A stretch of 64,000 nt of DNA from the NCBI GenBank assembly GCA_041659205.1, contig JBAZYS010000001.1, forward strand, positions 54,090 through 118,089, written 5' to 3'. Positions 1-12,449 of this stretch are shown one piece after another (positions within the stretch are counted from its first letter, which is position 1; each line of letters begins with the position of its first letter). Both the position numbers and the translations under genes were made by a program. Source of the DNA: Minisyncoccota bacterium (lineage in GTDB: Bacteria; Patescibacteriota; Minisyncoccia; Phycocordibacterales; UBA9973). Below the pieces are notes generated by a model. It was not told the origin of the DNA. It worked only from the letters and a program-made list of their open reading frames with translations, and did not search any database.

Positions 1-486
1 AATTATAGTGGTTTTCAAGCAAGGGTTGATATTAAAAATCTAGCAAGTGATATTGCTATAAAAGTTGTCGAGGCGCAGAAATCAGCTCTTGCTGGGGTAT
101 TGCCACCGTCTGGATTTAATTTTATCCCAACTTGGAAGCCAAGTTACGGAGTTTATTTTGATATAACTACACAAAGCCAATTTGTTTATTTTGTGGATTT
201 AAATAATTTTAATGGCTATGAACCATCTAATAATGAAACACTAGATACTATCTCAATCACAAAAAATAATACTATTTCTAGTCTGGAGGCTTGTTATGCA
301 GTTCCTTGTGTTCCGACTTCTCTTAATAATTTAGCAATATATTTTTCTAGACCAAATTCTGGTGCAGTTATAAACACTACTCCTGTAGTTCCTGCTCCGT
401 CTTATGTTCAAATTACTGCTCGTTCTCCTCAAGGGGCTTATTCTTTAATAAAACTTTATCCTTCAGGCAGAGTTGAGGTAAAATAA
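1..486 (+). CDS. 3' part of a hypothetical (pilin-cluster associated) protein; 5' end lies outside the window
   Basis: Frame 1 is open from nt 1 to the stop at 486 (the ORF track begins at an internal TTG). It is co-directional and contiguous with three prepilin-type genes. No catalytic motif was recognised. Confidence 0.4.
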   Translation, partial: NYSGFQARVDIKNLASDIAIKVVEAQKSALAGVLPPSGFNFIPTWKPSYGVYFDITTQSQFVYFVDLNNFNGYEPSNNETLDTISITKNNTISSLEACYAVPCVPTSLNNLAIYFSRPNSGAVINTTPVVPAPSYVQITARSPQGAYSLIKLYPSGRVEVK

Positions 487-490
487 TATT

Positions 491-1120
491 ATGAAAATAT
501 TCTTTATTAAAAAAAATATTAAGAATAAAAATGGATATACTCTGATAGAAACAATGATATCTATTTCACTTTTTTTAATTATTGTTATGGAGGGGATGGG
601 TGCACTTCTTAATGCAAATTTACTTCATCAGAAGTCACAAAATATGCGTTCAGTTGTGGATAATTTAAGTTTTGTAATGGAGGATATTTCTAGAAATTTA
701 AGAACAGGGTACAGTTATCATTGCATAACTGGAGCAGATGATTTAACTAATCTAGGAGTAAAAAGTGGTAATAGTTGTTGGGGTATAGCATTCGATTACC
801 AGGGTCACCAAGATGGACTTAATGACAAGTGGATATATGAGATTGTCTCGGAAAATAGAGGTGGAATTACCGTTTATTATATACGAAAGTCAATAAATAG
901 CGGAGCAACTTGGGTTCAACTAACTCCTGATGAAATTGCTATTAATACTACAGCATCTAGTTTTACAATAACTGGGGCGGAACCACCAAATGCTGATGGA
1001 ACAGGAGACCACCAACAGCCTTTTGTCACAATTAAATTAGTAGGTTCTATTACTTTAAAAAATATTGTCTCACCTTTTACTCTACAAACTTCTGTGTCAC
1101 AGAGAGTAGTAGATATTTAA
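491..1120 (+). CDS. type IV pilin-like minor (pseudo)pilin with prepilin N-terminal cleavage/methylation signal
   Basis: The N-terminus is KNKNG|YTLIETMISISLFLIIV, a class III signal (G-[FY]-T-L-[IV]-E followed by a hydrophobic helix). Confidence 0.7.
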   Translation: MKIFFIKKNIKNKNGYTLIETMISISLFLIIVMEGMGALLNANLLHQKSQNMRSVVDNLSFVMEDISRNLRTGYSYHCITGADDLTNLGVKSGNSCWGIAFDYQGHQDGLNDKWIYEIVSENRGGITVYYIRKSINSGATWVQLTPDEIAINTTASSFTITGAEPPNADGTGDHQQPFVTIKLVGSITLKNIVSPFTLQTSVSQRVVDI

Positions 1121-1126
1121 AATATA

Positions 1127-1570
1127 ATGAAAAAATTTCTTAAAAAACATAACAAAAAAAATAAAGGTTTTACGCTCGTAGAAACGCTTGTTTCTATCTC
1201 GATTTTTACGATGTCAATTCTTGGTTTGCTGTTTGTTCTTTCTAATGGAATTTCTGATACTGGCTATGCTAAAAAGAAATTGGCCGCTTCATACTTGGCT
1301 CAAGAGGGCATTGAGTATGTTAGAAATCAACGGGATAATGCTGTCCTATATAATGCGACAAGTCCACAGGCAGGATGGGATAGTTTTAAAACACCAAGAG
1401 CGATATCTCTGCCTGTTTCCAGTTCTGATTTTACTGGATTTACTCGAGATATCACAATAGCAGGAGTGAGTGTAGACGAGGTAAAAGTTACCTCGACGGT
1501 TACATGGACACAAGGTTCTGGTAGTTTTAATATAGTTTTTACTGAGGAGTTATATAATTGGGTAGAATAG
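1127..1570 (+). CDS. type IV pilin-like minor (pseudo)pilin
   Basis: The N-terminus KKNKG|FTLVETLVSISIFTMSILGLLFVL is a prepilin-type signal. The gene is immediately adjacent to the other pseudopilin genes. Confidence 0.7.
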   Translation: MKKFLKKHNKKNKGFTLVETLVSISIFTMSILGLLFVLSNGISDTGYAKKKLAASYLAQEGIEYVRNQRDNAVLYNATSPQAGWDSFKTPRAISLPVSSSDFTGFTRDITIAGVSVDEVKVTSTVTWTQGSGSFNIVFTEELYNWVE

Positions 1571-1571
1571 A

Positions 1572-4830
<3,259 letters not shown>

Positions 4831-4840
4831 AGAGTGTCTT

Positions 4841-4927
4841 GGAGGCGTCGCATAGCGGTCTAGTGCGCAGACCTGGAAAGTCTGTGTGGGGAAACCCACC
4901 GAGAGTTCGAATCTCTCCGCCTCCGCC
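4841..4927 (+). tRNA. tRNA-Ser (anticodon GGA), long variable arm
   Basis: The cloverleaf was folded by eye. The acceptor GGAGGCG/CGCCTCC and the anticodon stem CAGAC/GTCTG pair. The anticodon loop is CTGGAAA, giving anticodon GGA. The variable arm has a GTGGG/CCCAC stem. The T-arm is GAGAG-TTCGAAT-CTCTC. The discriminator is G and only CC of the CCA is encoded. Confidence 0.85.
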
Positions 4928-4933
4928 TTAAAA

Positions 4934-4961
4934 AGAAAAGCCCGAAAGGGCTTTTCTTTTT
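4934..4961 (+). terminator. rho-independent terminator after tRNA-Ser
   Basis: The hairpin aaaagccc-gaaa-gggctttt is followed by a T-run (ctttttg). Confidence 0.6.
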
Positions 4962-4995
4962 GCTGAGGCGAGCAAATAAACTGCTTTGTTTGCGT

Positions 4996-5097
4996 GAGAG
5001 ATTCGAAAGACTTTTCTGTAATTTGTTTACAAATTTAGAAAAGTACCTGGCTATGTAATAGCCGAAAAGTGTACTCACGGTCTCTCCGCCTCCGCCA
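4996..5097 (+). repeat. degenerate duplicate of the tRNA-Ser 3' half (T-arm-like plus acceptor 3' strand with CCA)
   Basis: gagagattcgaaagac (4996-5011) resembles the T-arm. tctctccgcctccgcc-a (5081-5097) is an exact copy of the tRNA 3' end (4912-4927). The two pieces are separated by about 70 nt containing an AT-rich hairpin. Confidence 0.45.
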
Positions 5098-5137
5098 GAG
5101 TTGAATTCTATATCTTTGAAGTAGGAAGTGTTATAAT

Positions 5138-6451
5138 ATGCTTATTCTTATGGACAAGATAAAGAGAAAATTTAATGTATTAAATTTTGTTTTATTTTTA
5201 TTTTTTATTTTAGCATTTGTTAATTTTTTCATAATACGTTCTTCTTTGGACAGTGAAAAAGAAACAAGTATTAATTTTATTTTATTAATTATAAACATAA
5301 TCGTTGTTGGTCTAGGTGCTTTTTTTAGTTTTCTATTTGCTAGAAAAATAGAAGAATCGAAAGTAAAAGATGAAGCTATCTTGGAAAGTGTTGGTGATGG
5401 ACTGATTGCTGTAGACAACAATAGAAAAATATTAGTCATAAACCAAGTAGCCATTGATATGCTTGGCTGGAATGGCAAGGATTTGGTCGGAAAAGAGGCG
5501 AGTCATCTCAATTTAGAAGATGAAAATGGTAAATTAGTACCATTTAACAAGCGCCCAACGGTCGTTGCTTTGGCGACTGGTAAAATTGTAAAGGTTATTT
5601 ATTTTTTTGTCCGTAAAGATAAAAGGAGATTTCCAATGGCGATAACCGCTACACCGATTAAACTCAACGGAAAAACAATTGGAGTAATTAAAATAATGCG
5701 AGATGTAACTTATGAAAAAGAAATTGATAAAGTAAAAACAGAATTTGTTTCAATAATTAGTCATCAGCTTCGAGGTCCACTTTCTTCGGTTAAATTATAT
5801 ACGGAAATGATATTAAACGGTGATACAGGAGAAGTCACCCCAAAACAAAGAAAATATCTCGACGAAATATATCATGATAATTTATGGATGATAGAAATGG
5901 TTAATACTCTTTTAGATGTTTCTCGTCTTGAATTAGGAATATTTAAAATTGAGCCAAAGCCGACGGATATTATCGCACTTACAGAGAGTGTTATCAAAGA
6001 ACAAGAATTTAAAATCAAGGATAAAAAACTTAAAGTTACTAAAAATTTTGATAAAAATATTTCAATTTTCTCGACTGACCCAAAGCTTCTTCACATGGTC
6101 CTGCAAAATTTACTTTCTAATGCGGTGGAATATACATCTTCAGAAAAAGAAATTGAATTTTCAGTTTCTTTAGATAATAAAAAATCTTTATATATTAAAA
6201 TAGCTGACCATGGTTATGGAATACCAAAAAAACAACAGAACCAGATATTCACTAAGCTTTTCAGGGCTGATAATGTTAAATATAAAGGAATCGATGGTAC
6301 TGGATTAGGTCTTTATATTGTAAAATCAATTGTGGAAAAGCTCAATGGAAAGATATGGTTTGAGTCGGAAGAAGATAAAGGGACTACTTTTTATATAACG
6401 CTTCCTTATTGTGACATTGAGGCAAAAAAGGAGCTTGGTCAAAATTGCTAG
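5138..6451 (+). CDS. sensor histidine kinase (2 TM, PAS, HisKA, HATPase_c)
   Basis: The H-box is SIISHQLRGPLSS and the G2-box is GIDGTGLGLYIVKSIVEKLNG. An N-box is present in NLLSNAVEYT. The N-terminus has hydrophobic helices. Confidence 0.85.
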   Translation: MLILMDKIKRKFNVLNFVLFLFFILAFVNFFIIRSSLDSEKETSINFILLIINIIVVGLGAFFSFLFARKIEESKVKDEAILESVGDGLIAVDNNRKILVINQVAIDMLGWNGKDLVGKEASHLNLEDENGKLVPFNKRPTVVALATGKIVKVIYFFVRKDKRRFPMAITATPIKLNGKTIGVIKIMRDVTYEKEIDKVKTEFVSIISHQLRGPLSSVKLYTEMILNGDTGEVTPKQRKYLDEIYHDNLWMIEMVNTLLDVSRLELGIFKIEPKPTDIIALTESVIKEQEFKIKDKKLKVTKNFDKNISIFSTDPKLLHMVLQNLLSNAVEYTSSEKEIEFSVSLDNKKSLYIKIADHGYGIPKKQQNQIFTKLFRADNVKYKGIDGTGLGLYIVKSIVEKLNGKIWFESEEDKGTTFYITLPYCDIEAKKELGQNC

Positions 6452-6483
6452 TATTTACTATTTATCTATATTATAATTAAAGA

Positions 6484-6891
6484 ATGGCTAATGAATTTAT
6501 TGCAAATAAAAAAATACTAGTTGTTGAAGCAATTGAGGATGATACCTTTCTTCGGGGGGTCATGGATGAAAAGCTTAAACTTGAAGGGTATAGCGTTCTT
6601 CAAGCAAGAGATGGGGAAGAGGGGTTGGAAATAGCACTCGCTAAGAAGCCTGACTTAGTTATCCTTGATATTGTTATGCCCAAGATGGACGGATTGACAG
6701 TAATGGAAAAGTTGCGTGCTCAAGGCGAATGGGGTAAAAATCTTCCAATTGTATTGTTTACGAACCTTAATGCCGACGATGAGAAGATAATCAAAGCAAT
6801 TGAAAACAATCAACCTACCTACTATTTAGTAAAATCAAACAATACTATCAATGATTTAATCGAAAAAATCAAAGAACGACTTTCTAAGTAA
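6484..6891 (+). CDS. stand-alone response regulator receiver (CheY-like REC domain)
   Basis: The motifs ILVVEAIEDD and LVILDIVMPKMDG (phospho-acceptor Asp) are present, with a conserved Lys near the C-terminus. There is no output domain. It lies directly downstream of the kinase. Confidence 0.85.
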   Translation: MANEFIANKKILVVEAIEDDTFLRGVMDEKLKLEGYSVLQARDGEEGLEIALAKKPDLVILDIVMPKMDGLTVMEKLRAQGEWGKNLPIVLFTNLNADDEKIIKAIENNQPTYYLVKSNNTINDLIEKIKERLSK

Positions 6892-7065
6892 TATTTACAT
6901 AATAAAAGTTACGCAATTTCAGCTTTAGGGTTAAAGGTGTAAAGGTAGTATAATTAAACAGTAAAGATATATAGAGGCTCCAGAAGTTCATGGTCTTTTT
7001 TTAGGGTCGTATATATTATTAACAATCTATTATTAAGTAATTATAAATAAATAATAACAAACTAT

Positions 7066-8328
7066 ATGAAAAATTTTAAAAAAAATGCAATTGTAATTAT
7101 GTTAGCATTTGCTTTAGTTATCGGTTTTAGCTCATTAAATACTGTCCAAGCGGCAACTGCACCTTCTCTTGGCCTAGCGGCAACTTACGGTATTCTTTCA
7201 AGTACTTATACTAATACTGTAGCAGGAACTACTGTTACTGGAGATATTGGATTTACCACAGGTCCAGCAGTTGCTCCCGTGGGAGTACATGCTAATTATG
7301 GTTCTGGCGCCCCTTTTGCTACTGCTGGAATAGATCAAGGTAGTGCTTTAGCTAATCTCAATAGCCAAGCTTGTACTTTCACCTTTGCTAACGGAGCAAT
7401 TGATCTTGCCACTGACGCTACACATGGTCCAATCGGAGTTTATACTCCCGGAGTTTACTGTACTGGAGCTCCCGGTGCTGCAACCATTGGAGCAGGCGGA
7501 ATTACCTTAAATGGCGCAGGAACATATATCTTTAGAATTAACGGTGCACTTACTTCTGTCGCTAATTCAGTAGTGACATTGGCTGGTGGTGCATCAGCTT
7601 GTGATGTATTTTGGACACCAACTTCAGCCACGACACTCGGCGCAAACTCTATATTTAAAGGAACGGATATTGATGCTTCGGGTATTACCGTTGGTAATAC
7701 TGTAAATTGGGTTGGAAGGGCTTTAGCTTTCGGCGGGACGGTCACAACCGATGTAGATAATATTTCTGTTCCATCTTGCTCAGTTCCTCCTCCAGTACCA
7801 CCTGTTCCTCCTTCAATGGCTACTCTTCATGTAATTAAACAAGTAGTGAACAATAGCGGTGGTACTGCTGTTGCATCCGCCTTTAATTTACATTTGAAAC
7901 TTTCAGGAACTGATGTTTCTGGAAGTCCTGCAGTTGGAACTGTGGCACCTGGAACTTCTTATACACTTGCTGCCGGTACATATACAGTAAGTGAAGACGC
8001 AAATAGTCTTCCTTATATACGAAGCTTTACTGGAGACTGTGATTCAAGTGGAAGCATTACGCTCGTAGGTGGTGATAACAAAACATGTACTCTTGTTAAT
8101 GATGACATAGAGCCAGCCGTAATCGTGCCACCAGTAGTTACACCACCAGTTGTAGCACCAGCAGTCATAACTCCAGTAGTTGTAACTCCTCCACCAGTTG
8201 TGCCCAAATTACCTAAAACTGGTTTTGCTCCTAAAGAAGAAAATTCTTCATGGAATATAATAATTTCAGCTGGAATTTTGGGAATGATATTTGCATTCTA
8301 TTTAGCTCGAAGAAAACAGACCAACTAG
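7066..8328 (+). CDS. LPXTG-anchored surface protein with N-terminal ice-binding-like (DUF3494-type) domain and Pro-rich stalk
   Basis: A signal peptide is followed by an N-terminal GILSSTYTNTVAGTTVTGDIGFTTGP region. Pro/Val-rich repeats follow, then a C-terminal LPKTG, a hydrophobic segment and the tail RRKQTN. Confidence 0.8.
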   Translation: MKNFKKNAIVIMLAFALVIGFSSLNTVQAATAPSLGLAATYGILSSTYTNTVAGTTVTGDIGFTTGPAVAPVGVHANYGSGAPFATAGIDQGSALANLNSQACTFTFANGAIDLATDATHGPIGVYTPGVYCTGAPGAATIGAGGITLNGAGTYIFRINGALTSVANSVVTLAGGASACDVFWTPTSATTLGANSIFKGTDIDASGITVGNTVNWVGRALAFGGTVTTDVDNISVPSCSVPPPVPPVPPSMATLHVIKQVVNNSGGTAVASAFNLHLKLSGTDVSGSPAVGTVAPGTSYTLAAGTYTVSEDANSLPYIRSFTGDCDSSGSITLVGGDNKTCTLVNDDIEPAVIVPPVVTPPVVAPAVITPVVVTPPPVVPKLPKTGFAPKEENSSWNIIISAGILGMIFAFYLARRKQTN

Positions 8329-8347
8329 TAAACGTTTTTAGAATTAT

Positions 8348-8962
8348 ATGAATTTATCTAAAATATCATCGAAATGGTTAGTAGTTATTATTGTAGGAAT
8401 TATATTTTCTGCTATAGTAATTTCATTTCTAACTTTTAGTCTACCAGTGAAGGATTCTTTTGCAGAAGCATCTTTTGTTAAAACACAGTCAGTTTTATCA
8501 GCGAAAGCAGATTTAGAATATTCATTTCGTTTGAAGATTCCAAAGATAAATGTAGATGCAACTGTAGAAAATTTAGGTCTTACTTTCGATGGTGCAATGG
8601 AGGTGCCGAAAGGTCCAGCTAACGCTGCTTGGTATAGTTTAGGAACTCCACCTGGGGACATAGGTAGTTCTGTTATCGACGGACACTCTGGGTGGAAAAA
8701 TGGTATACCGGCAGTATTTGATAATTTATATAAATTAAAAAAAGGAGACAAAATATACGTTCAAGACAAGAAAGGGATAGTTACGACTTTTGTTGTACGA
8801 GAGAGTCGCAAATATAATCCAAATGCAGACGCAACAGGAGTATTTACCTCGAGTGACGGTAAAGCACATTTGAATCTTATCACTTGTACGGGTCTATGGA
8901 ATAAAATTTGGAAAAGTCACTCAGAGAGACTTGTAGTTTTTGCTGATAAAGAGCTAAAATAG
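8348..8962 (+). CDS. sortase (transpeptidase)
   Basis: An N-terminal TM anchor is present. The catalytic His is in VIDGHSGW, the Cys in NLITCTG (TLxTC motif), and an Arg in HSERLVVF. It lies 20 nt downstream of the LPKTG protein gene. Confidence 0.8.
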   Translation: MNLSKISSKWLVVIIVGIIFSAIVISFLTFSLPVKDSFAEASFVKTQSVLSAKADLEYSFRLKIPKINVDATVENLGLTFDGAMEVPKGPANAAWYSLGTPPGDIGSSVIDGHSGWKNGIPAVFDNLYKLKKGDKIYVQDKKGIVTTFVVRESRKYNPNADATGVFTSSDGKAHLNLITCTGLWNKIWKSHSERLVVFADKELK

Positions 8963-8965
8963 TAG

Positions 8966-9715
8966 ATGAAAAAAATTGTCGTTCTCAATAAGAAAGAAGG
9001 TGAGACACCCCTTGAGGCGTTAAAGAATTTTCGTCTAAAACATAAAGAATATAAAGATGTAAAGATGACCTATGCAGGCAGGCTAGACCCAATGGCAAGT
9101 GGGGCACTCCTTATACTTCTCGGCGAAGAAACAAAAAATAAAGAAAAGTATTTAGCCTTAGAAAAAGAATATACTTTTGAAGTTCTTTTTGGTTTTGCGA
9201 CAGATACGTATGATACCTTGGGTAAAGTTATAGCTAGGCAAGATCTAGCAAAAGAAATAAGAAAAAATGAATTAAAGAAGGAAATAAAAAATAATATAAA
9301 AAGTTTTCTCGGAGAAAATAATCAAAAGTATCCAGTTTATTCTTCTAAAACAGTAAAAGGGAAACCTTTATTTATGTATGCTCGAGCTGGGGAGGAGGTA
9401 GAAATTCCTGATAGAAAGATTTTTATTAAAAAATTTAAATTAGAAAAAATAAGAGAAATAGATAATAAAAAATTATTTAAAAATGTTGAAAAAAGGATAA
9501 AAAAAGTAAAAGGTGATTTTAGGCAGGTTGAGATTATAAAAATTTGGAAAAAAGAATTACTGCTCCCAAACAAATTTTTTATAGGCAGTTTTAAAACAAA
9601 ATGTAGCAGTGGCACCTATGTGAGAGTGATTGCAAATTCTCTTGGAGAGAAAATGGATATTCCGGCCTTAGCTTTTTCTATAAAAAGGACAAAAATTGGT
9701 AAATATGTGATATAG
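8966..9715 (+). CDS. truB: tRNA pseudouridine(55) synthase TruB-like
   Basis: The catalytic motif is YAGRLDPMASGALLILLGEETK, with Asp in GRLDP. It carries a Lys-rich insertion. Confidence 0.7.
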   Translation: MKKIVVLNKKEGETPLEALKNFRLKHKEYKDVKMTYAGRLDPMASGALLILLGEETKNKEKYLALEKEYTFEVLFGFATDTYDTLGKVIARQDLAKEIRKNELKKEIKNNIKSFLGENNQKYPVYSSKTVKGKPLFMYARAGEEVEIPDRKIFIKKFKLEKIREIDNKKLFKNVEKRIKKVKGDFRQVEIIKIWKKELLLPNKFFIGSFKTKCSSGTYVRVIANSLGEKMDIPALAFSIKRTKIGKYVI

Positions 9716-9732
9716 TTAAAAAGCGAAATTAT

Positions 9733-10941
9733 ATGTTAAATATAGATAAAATAAGAGCAGATTTCAATATTTTAAGCTCAAAAGATCAAACGAAATCAAT
9801 CTATTTAGACAGTGCTTGTATGAGTTTAAAGCCTAAAGTCGTCATCGAGGTAATGAATGATTATTATCTTAATTATCCTGCTTGCGCTGGCAGAAGTTCT
9901 CATAAATTAGGTGACAAAGTTACAAAAAAAATAAAAGAAAGTAGGCAGATTATTTCAAAATTTATAAATGCAAATAGTGAAAATGAAATAATTTTTATAC
10001 GTAATACGACAGAAGGGATAAATTTGCTTGCAAATTCTCTAGGTTTAAAAAAGGGTGATGTTGTTTTGATCTCTGACAAAGAACATAACTCAAATTTAAT
10101 ACCATGGCTACTTTTACGAGATAGGGTAGGTATTATCGTAAAAATAATTCCTTCTAATGAGGACGGGAGTTTTAATTTGGATAATTTTAGTAAATTAATT
10201 TCTAGTGTGAAGTTAGTTTCAATAGTTCATACTTCGAACTTAGATGGAGGAACAAATCCCGCAAAAGAAATAATAGAAATTGCACATAAAAATAATGCTT
10301 TAGTATTTTTAGATGCAGCGCAGAGTATTCCTCATCAGAAAATCGATGTTAGGGATTTAGATGTTGATTTCTTGGCGTTTTCTGGACACAAAATGCTCGG
10401 GCCCACTGGAACTGGAGTTTTTTATGGTAAATATAAATTATTAGAAAAATTAGAACCCTTTATGGTGGGTGGAGATACGGTAGAATTTTCTACTTATGAT
10501 AGTTATAAAATGTTAGAAGCGCCAGATAAATTTGAAGCTGGGCTCCAGGATTATGCTGGAATTATTGGACTAGGGGAAGCAGTGAAATATCTAAGCAAAT
10601 TTAATTATGAAGACATAAAAGAACATGAACTAAAATTAAATACTTATATCACAGAAGAATTACAAAAAATTCCACAAATAAAAATTATTGGACCAAAAAG
10701 TGCAAGGGATCGTTCTGGAATTATTAATTTTTATATAGTCGATACTGATATGCATAAGTTCGCAATAATGCTCGACGAAATGGCAAATATTTCTATTCGT
10801 TCTGGACAGCACTGCGTACACTCTTATTTCAAGGATAAGAAGATTTATAATTCTGCTCGTGTTTCTTTTTATATATATAATACGATGGAAGATGCAGAAA
10901 CATTTATTACTAATTTAAATAAAATATTAAAAATATTATAA
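9733..10941 (+). CDS. sufS: cysteine desulfurase, class V aminotransferase (SufS/CsdA type)
   Basis: The PLP-Lys region is FLAFSGHKMLGPTGTGVFYG. The active-site Cys motif RSGQHCVHS is of the group II (SufS-like) type. Confidence 0.8.
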   Translation: MLNIDKIRADFNILSSKDQTKSIYLDSACMSLKPKVVIEVMNDYYLNYPACAGRSSHKLGDKVTKKIKESRQIISKFINANSENEIIFIRNTTEGINLLANSLGLKKGDVVLISDKEHNSNLIPWLLLRDRVGIIVKIIPSNEDGSFNLDNFSKLISSVKLVSIVHTSNLDGGTNPAKEIIEIAHKNNALVFLDAAQSIPHQKIDVRDLDVDFLAFSGHKMLGPTGTGVFYGKYKLLEKLEPFMVGGDTVEFSTYDSYKMLEAPDKFEAGLQDYAGIIGLGEAVKYLSKFNYEDIKEHELKLNTYITEELQKIPQIKIIGPKSARDRSGIINFYIVDTDMHKFAIMLDEMANISIRSGQHCVHSYFKDKKIYNSARVSFYIYNTMEDAETFITNLNKILKIL

Positions 10942-10945
10942 ATTT

Positions 10946-11884
10946 ATGGCTTGCCTACTCGCTTTAATTATATTCGGAATAATGGGAATATTTAGTGCTT
11001 CACATCGTGCTCTTGCGAAGGAAGCCTTCAGCTGTGTTTTTAAAAGAGTGACTTTTCGTCCATGTGATACTGGTTTTAAAGAAAAAATAAAAGGGAAAAT
11101 TTTATCAAAATTAATTGATCGGTCAGTTTTCTTGGCAAAAATGGTGAATAAACATTATGAAATATTGTCTTGGGTATTTTTCATTTTAATGTTGGGTAGT
11201 ACTGTGTGGGTTTTACAAGGTGGATATAATTTTTATGTTTATGGAAGCTGTAATGGACTCAATGCTAGTGGATTTTGTGCTTTTGATCCAAGTGGGGAAA
11301 ACAATAAAGTGACAGCATTAGGAGATAGCTCTACCTGTGGTACAGTCCAAAAGATAGAAAAAAATTTAACACTAAAAAACACAGACCTTTCTAGTTTTCC
11401 AATCCAAAAAAATGGAGGTGAAGACACTGTTGTTTTCGTCGGTTGTTATGCTTGCGATTACAGTCGGAAAGCTTACCCTGATATTCTAAAATTGATAAAA
11501 GATAAACAAGCAAACTTTATTTTCGCTCATTATCCTGCGAAGGGGGACACAACCTTTTTAGCAAATATCGGATATTGCGTTAATAAAGATTATCCCGAAA
11601 AATATTGGGACCTAAATAATTATTTATTTACCGCAGATAAAAATTTTGTCCTTAATAAAGAAAATGTAGATACAATTCTTACTAGTTTTAACCTTGATGT
11701 GAAAAAGGTAAATATTTGTGCTAATAGCTCAGAAACAAAAAAAGTTATAGATAATCAAATTATTGAGCTAAATAAAACGAATTTATATGGCACTCCTACT
11801 ATCTTCATAAATAATAAAGCTTTTGTGGGGCCAAAACCTTTAAGAGTTTATAAGAGTGCTATAAATAAATACATATTCTTCTAG
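10946..11884 (+). CDS. membrane-anchored DsbA-family thiol:disulfide oxidoreductase
   Basis: The N-terminal hydrophobic region carries two Cys pairs. The thioredoxin fold has CYAC (CxxC) and the cis-Pro motif GTPTIFINNK. Confidence 0.55.
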   Translation: MACLLALIIFGIMGIFSASHRALAKEAFSCVFKRVTFRPCDTGFKEKIKGKILSKLIDRSVFLAKMVNKHYEILSWVFFILMLGSTVWVLQGGYNFYVYGSCNGLNASGFCAFDPSGENNKVTALGDSSTCGTVQKIEKNLTLKNTDLSSFPIQKNGGEDTVVFVGCYACDYSRKAYPDILKLIKDKQANFIFAHYPAKGDTTFLANIGYCVNKDYPEKYWDLNNYLFTADKNFVLNKENVDTILTSFNLDVKKVNICANSSETKKVIDNQIIELNKTNLYGTPTIFINNKAFVGPKPLRVYKSAINKYIFF

Positions 11885-11894
11885 ATGCAAATGA

Positions 11895-12017
11895 ATCCCG
11901 TTAGAAGTCGCTCTGTTTATTAAGGTTAAGAAAAATGATATAATAGTTTATAGTTATATAGTCGTTATTATTAATTTAATCTACGGAAATCTAAAGATTT
12001 CCTACTTCTAACGGGAT
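11895..12017. repeat. 123-bp unit flanked by a perfect 14-bp inverted repeat (atcccgttagaagt / acttctaacgggat), with a nested palindrome ggaaatc-taaa-gatttcc
   Basis: The arms lie at 11895-11908 and 12004-12017. The right arm overlaps the ATG of the cupin gene. The AT-rich interior contains a TATAAT-like box. Confidence 0.5.
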
Positions 12018-12414
12018 GAAAGGATACAATGCAAATATAGAGAAAGATACAATAGAGAATACAAATTTTCGTAAAGTTTTATACACTGGAAAACACTGCC
12101 AACTAGTTTTGATGAGTTTGAAACCAAATGAAGAAATTGGTATGGAAGTTCATACTGACAATGACCAGTTTTTCCGTTTTGAAAAAGGGGAAGGGAAATG
12201 TATTATCGATGGGAATGAATATATTCTCACTGATGGTTCAGTGATTATTGTTCCATCTGGGGCAGAACATAATATCATTAATACTTCTAGCACAGATGAC
12301 CTGAAGCTTTATACTATCTATTCTCCAGCTCACCACAAAGATGGCATTGTGAGAGCTACAAAAGCCGAGGCTGAAACCGACGGTCCAGAGTTTGATGGTG
12401 TGACAACTGAGTAA
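12016..12414 (+). CDS. cupin-domain protein
   Basis: GMEVHTDNDQFF...VIIVPSGAEHNIIN is a two-His/Glu cupin-like conserved barrel pattern. Confidence 0.65.
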   Translation: MKGYNANIEKDTIENTNFRKVLYTGKHCQLVLMSLKPNEEIGMEVHTDNDQFFRFEKGEGKCIIDGNEYILTDGSVIIVPSGAEHNIINTSSTDDLKLYTIYSPAHHKDGIVRATKAEAETDGPEFDGVTTE

Positions 12415-12449
12415 AAGACAAAAACATAAAAAAGTAGTAAAATAGGGAA

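Noticed and set aside
5050-5068. Possible second tRNA (Tyr-like anticodon hairpin ggct-atgtaat-agcc) within the tRNA-Ser 3'-fragment duplicate
   Set aside because: I could not fold the surrounding sequence into a cloverleaf. There is no matching 5' acceptor strand or D-arm. The hairpin alone is insufficient.
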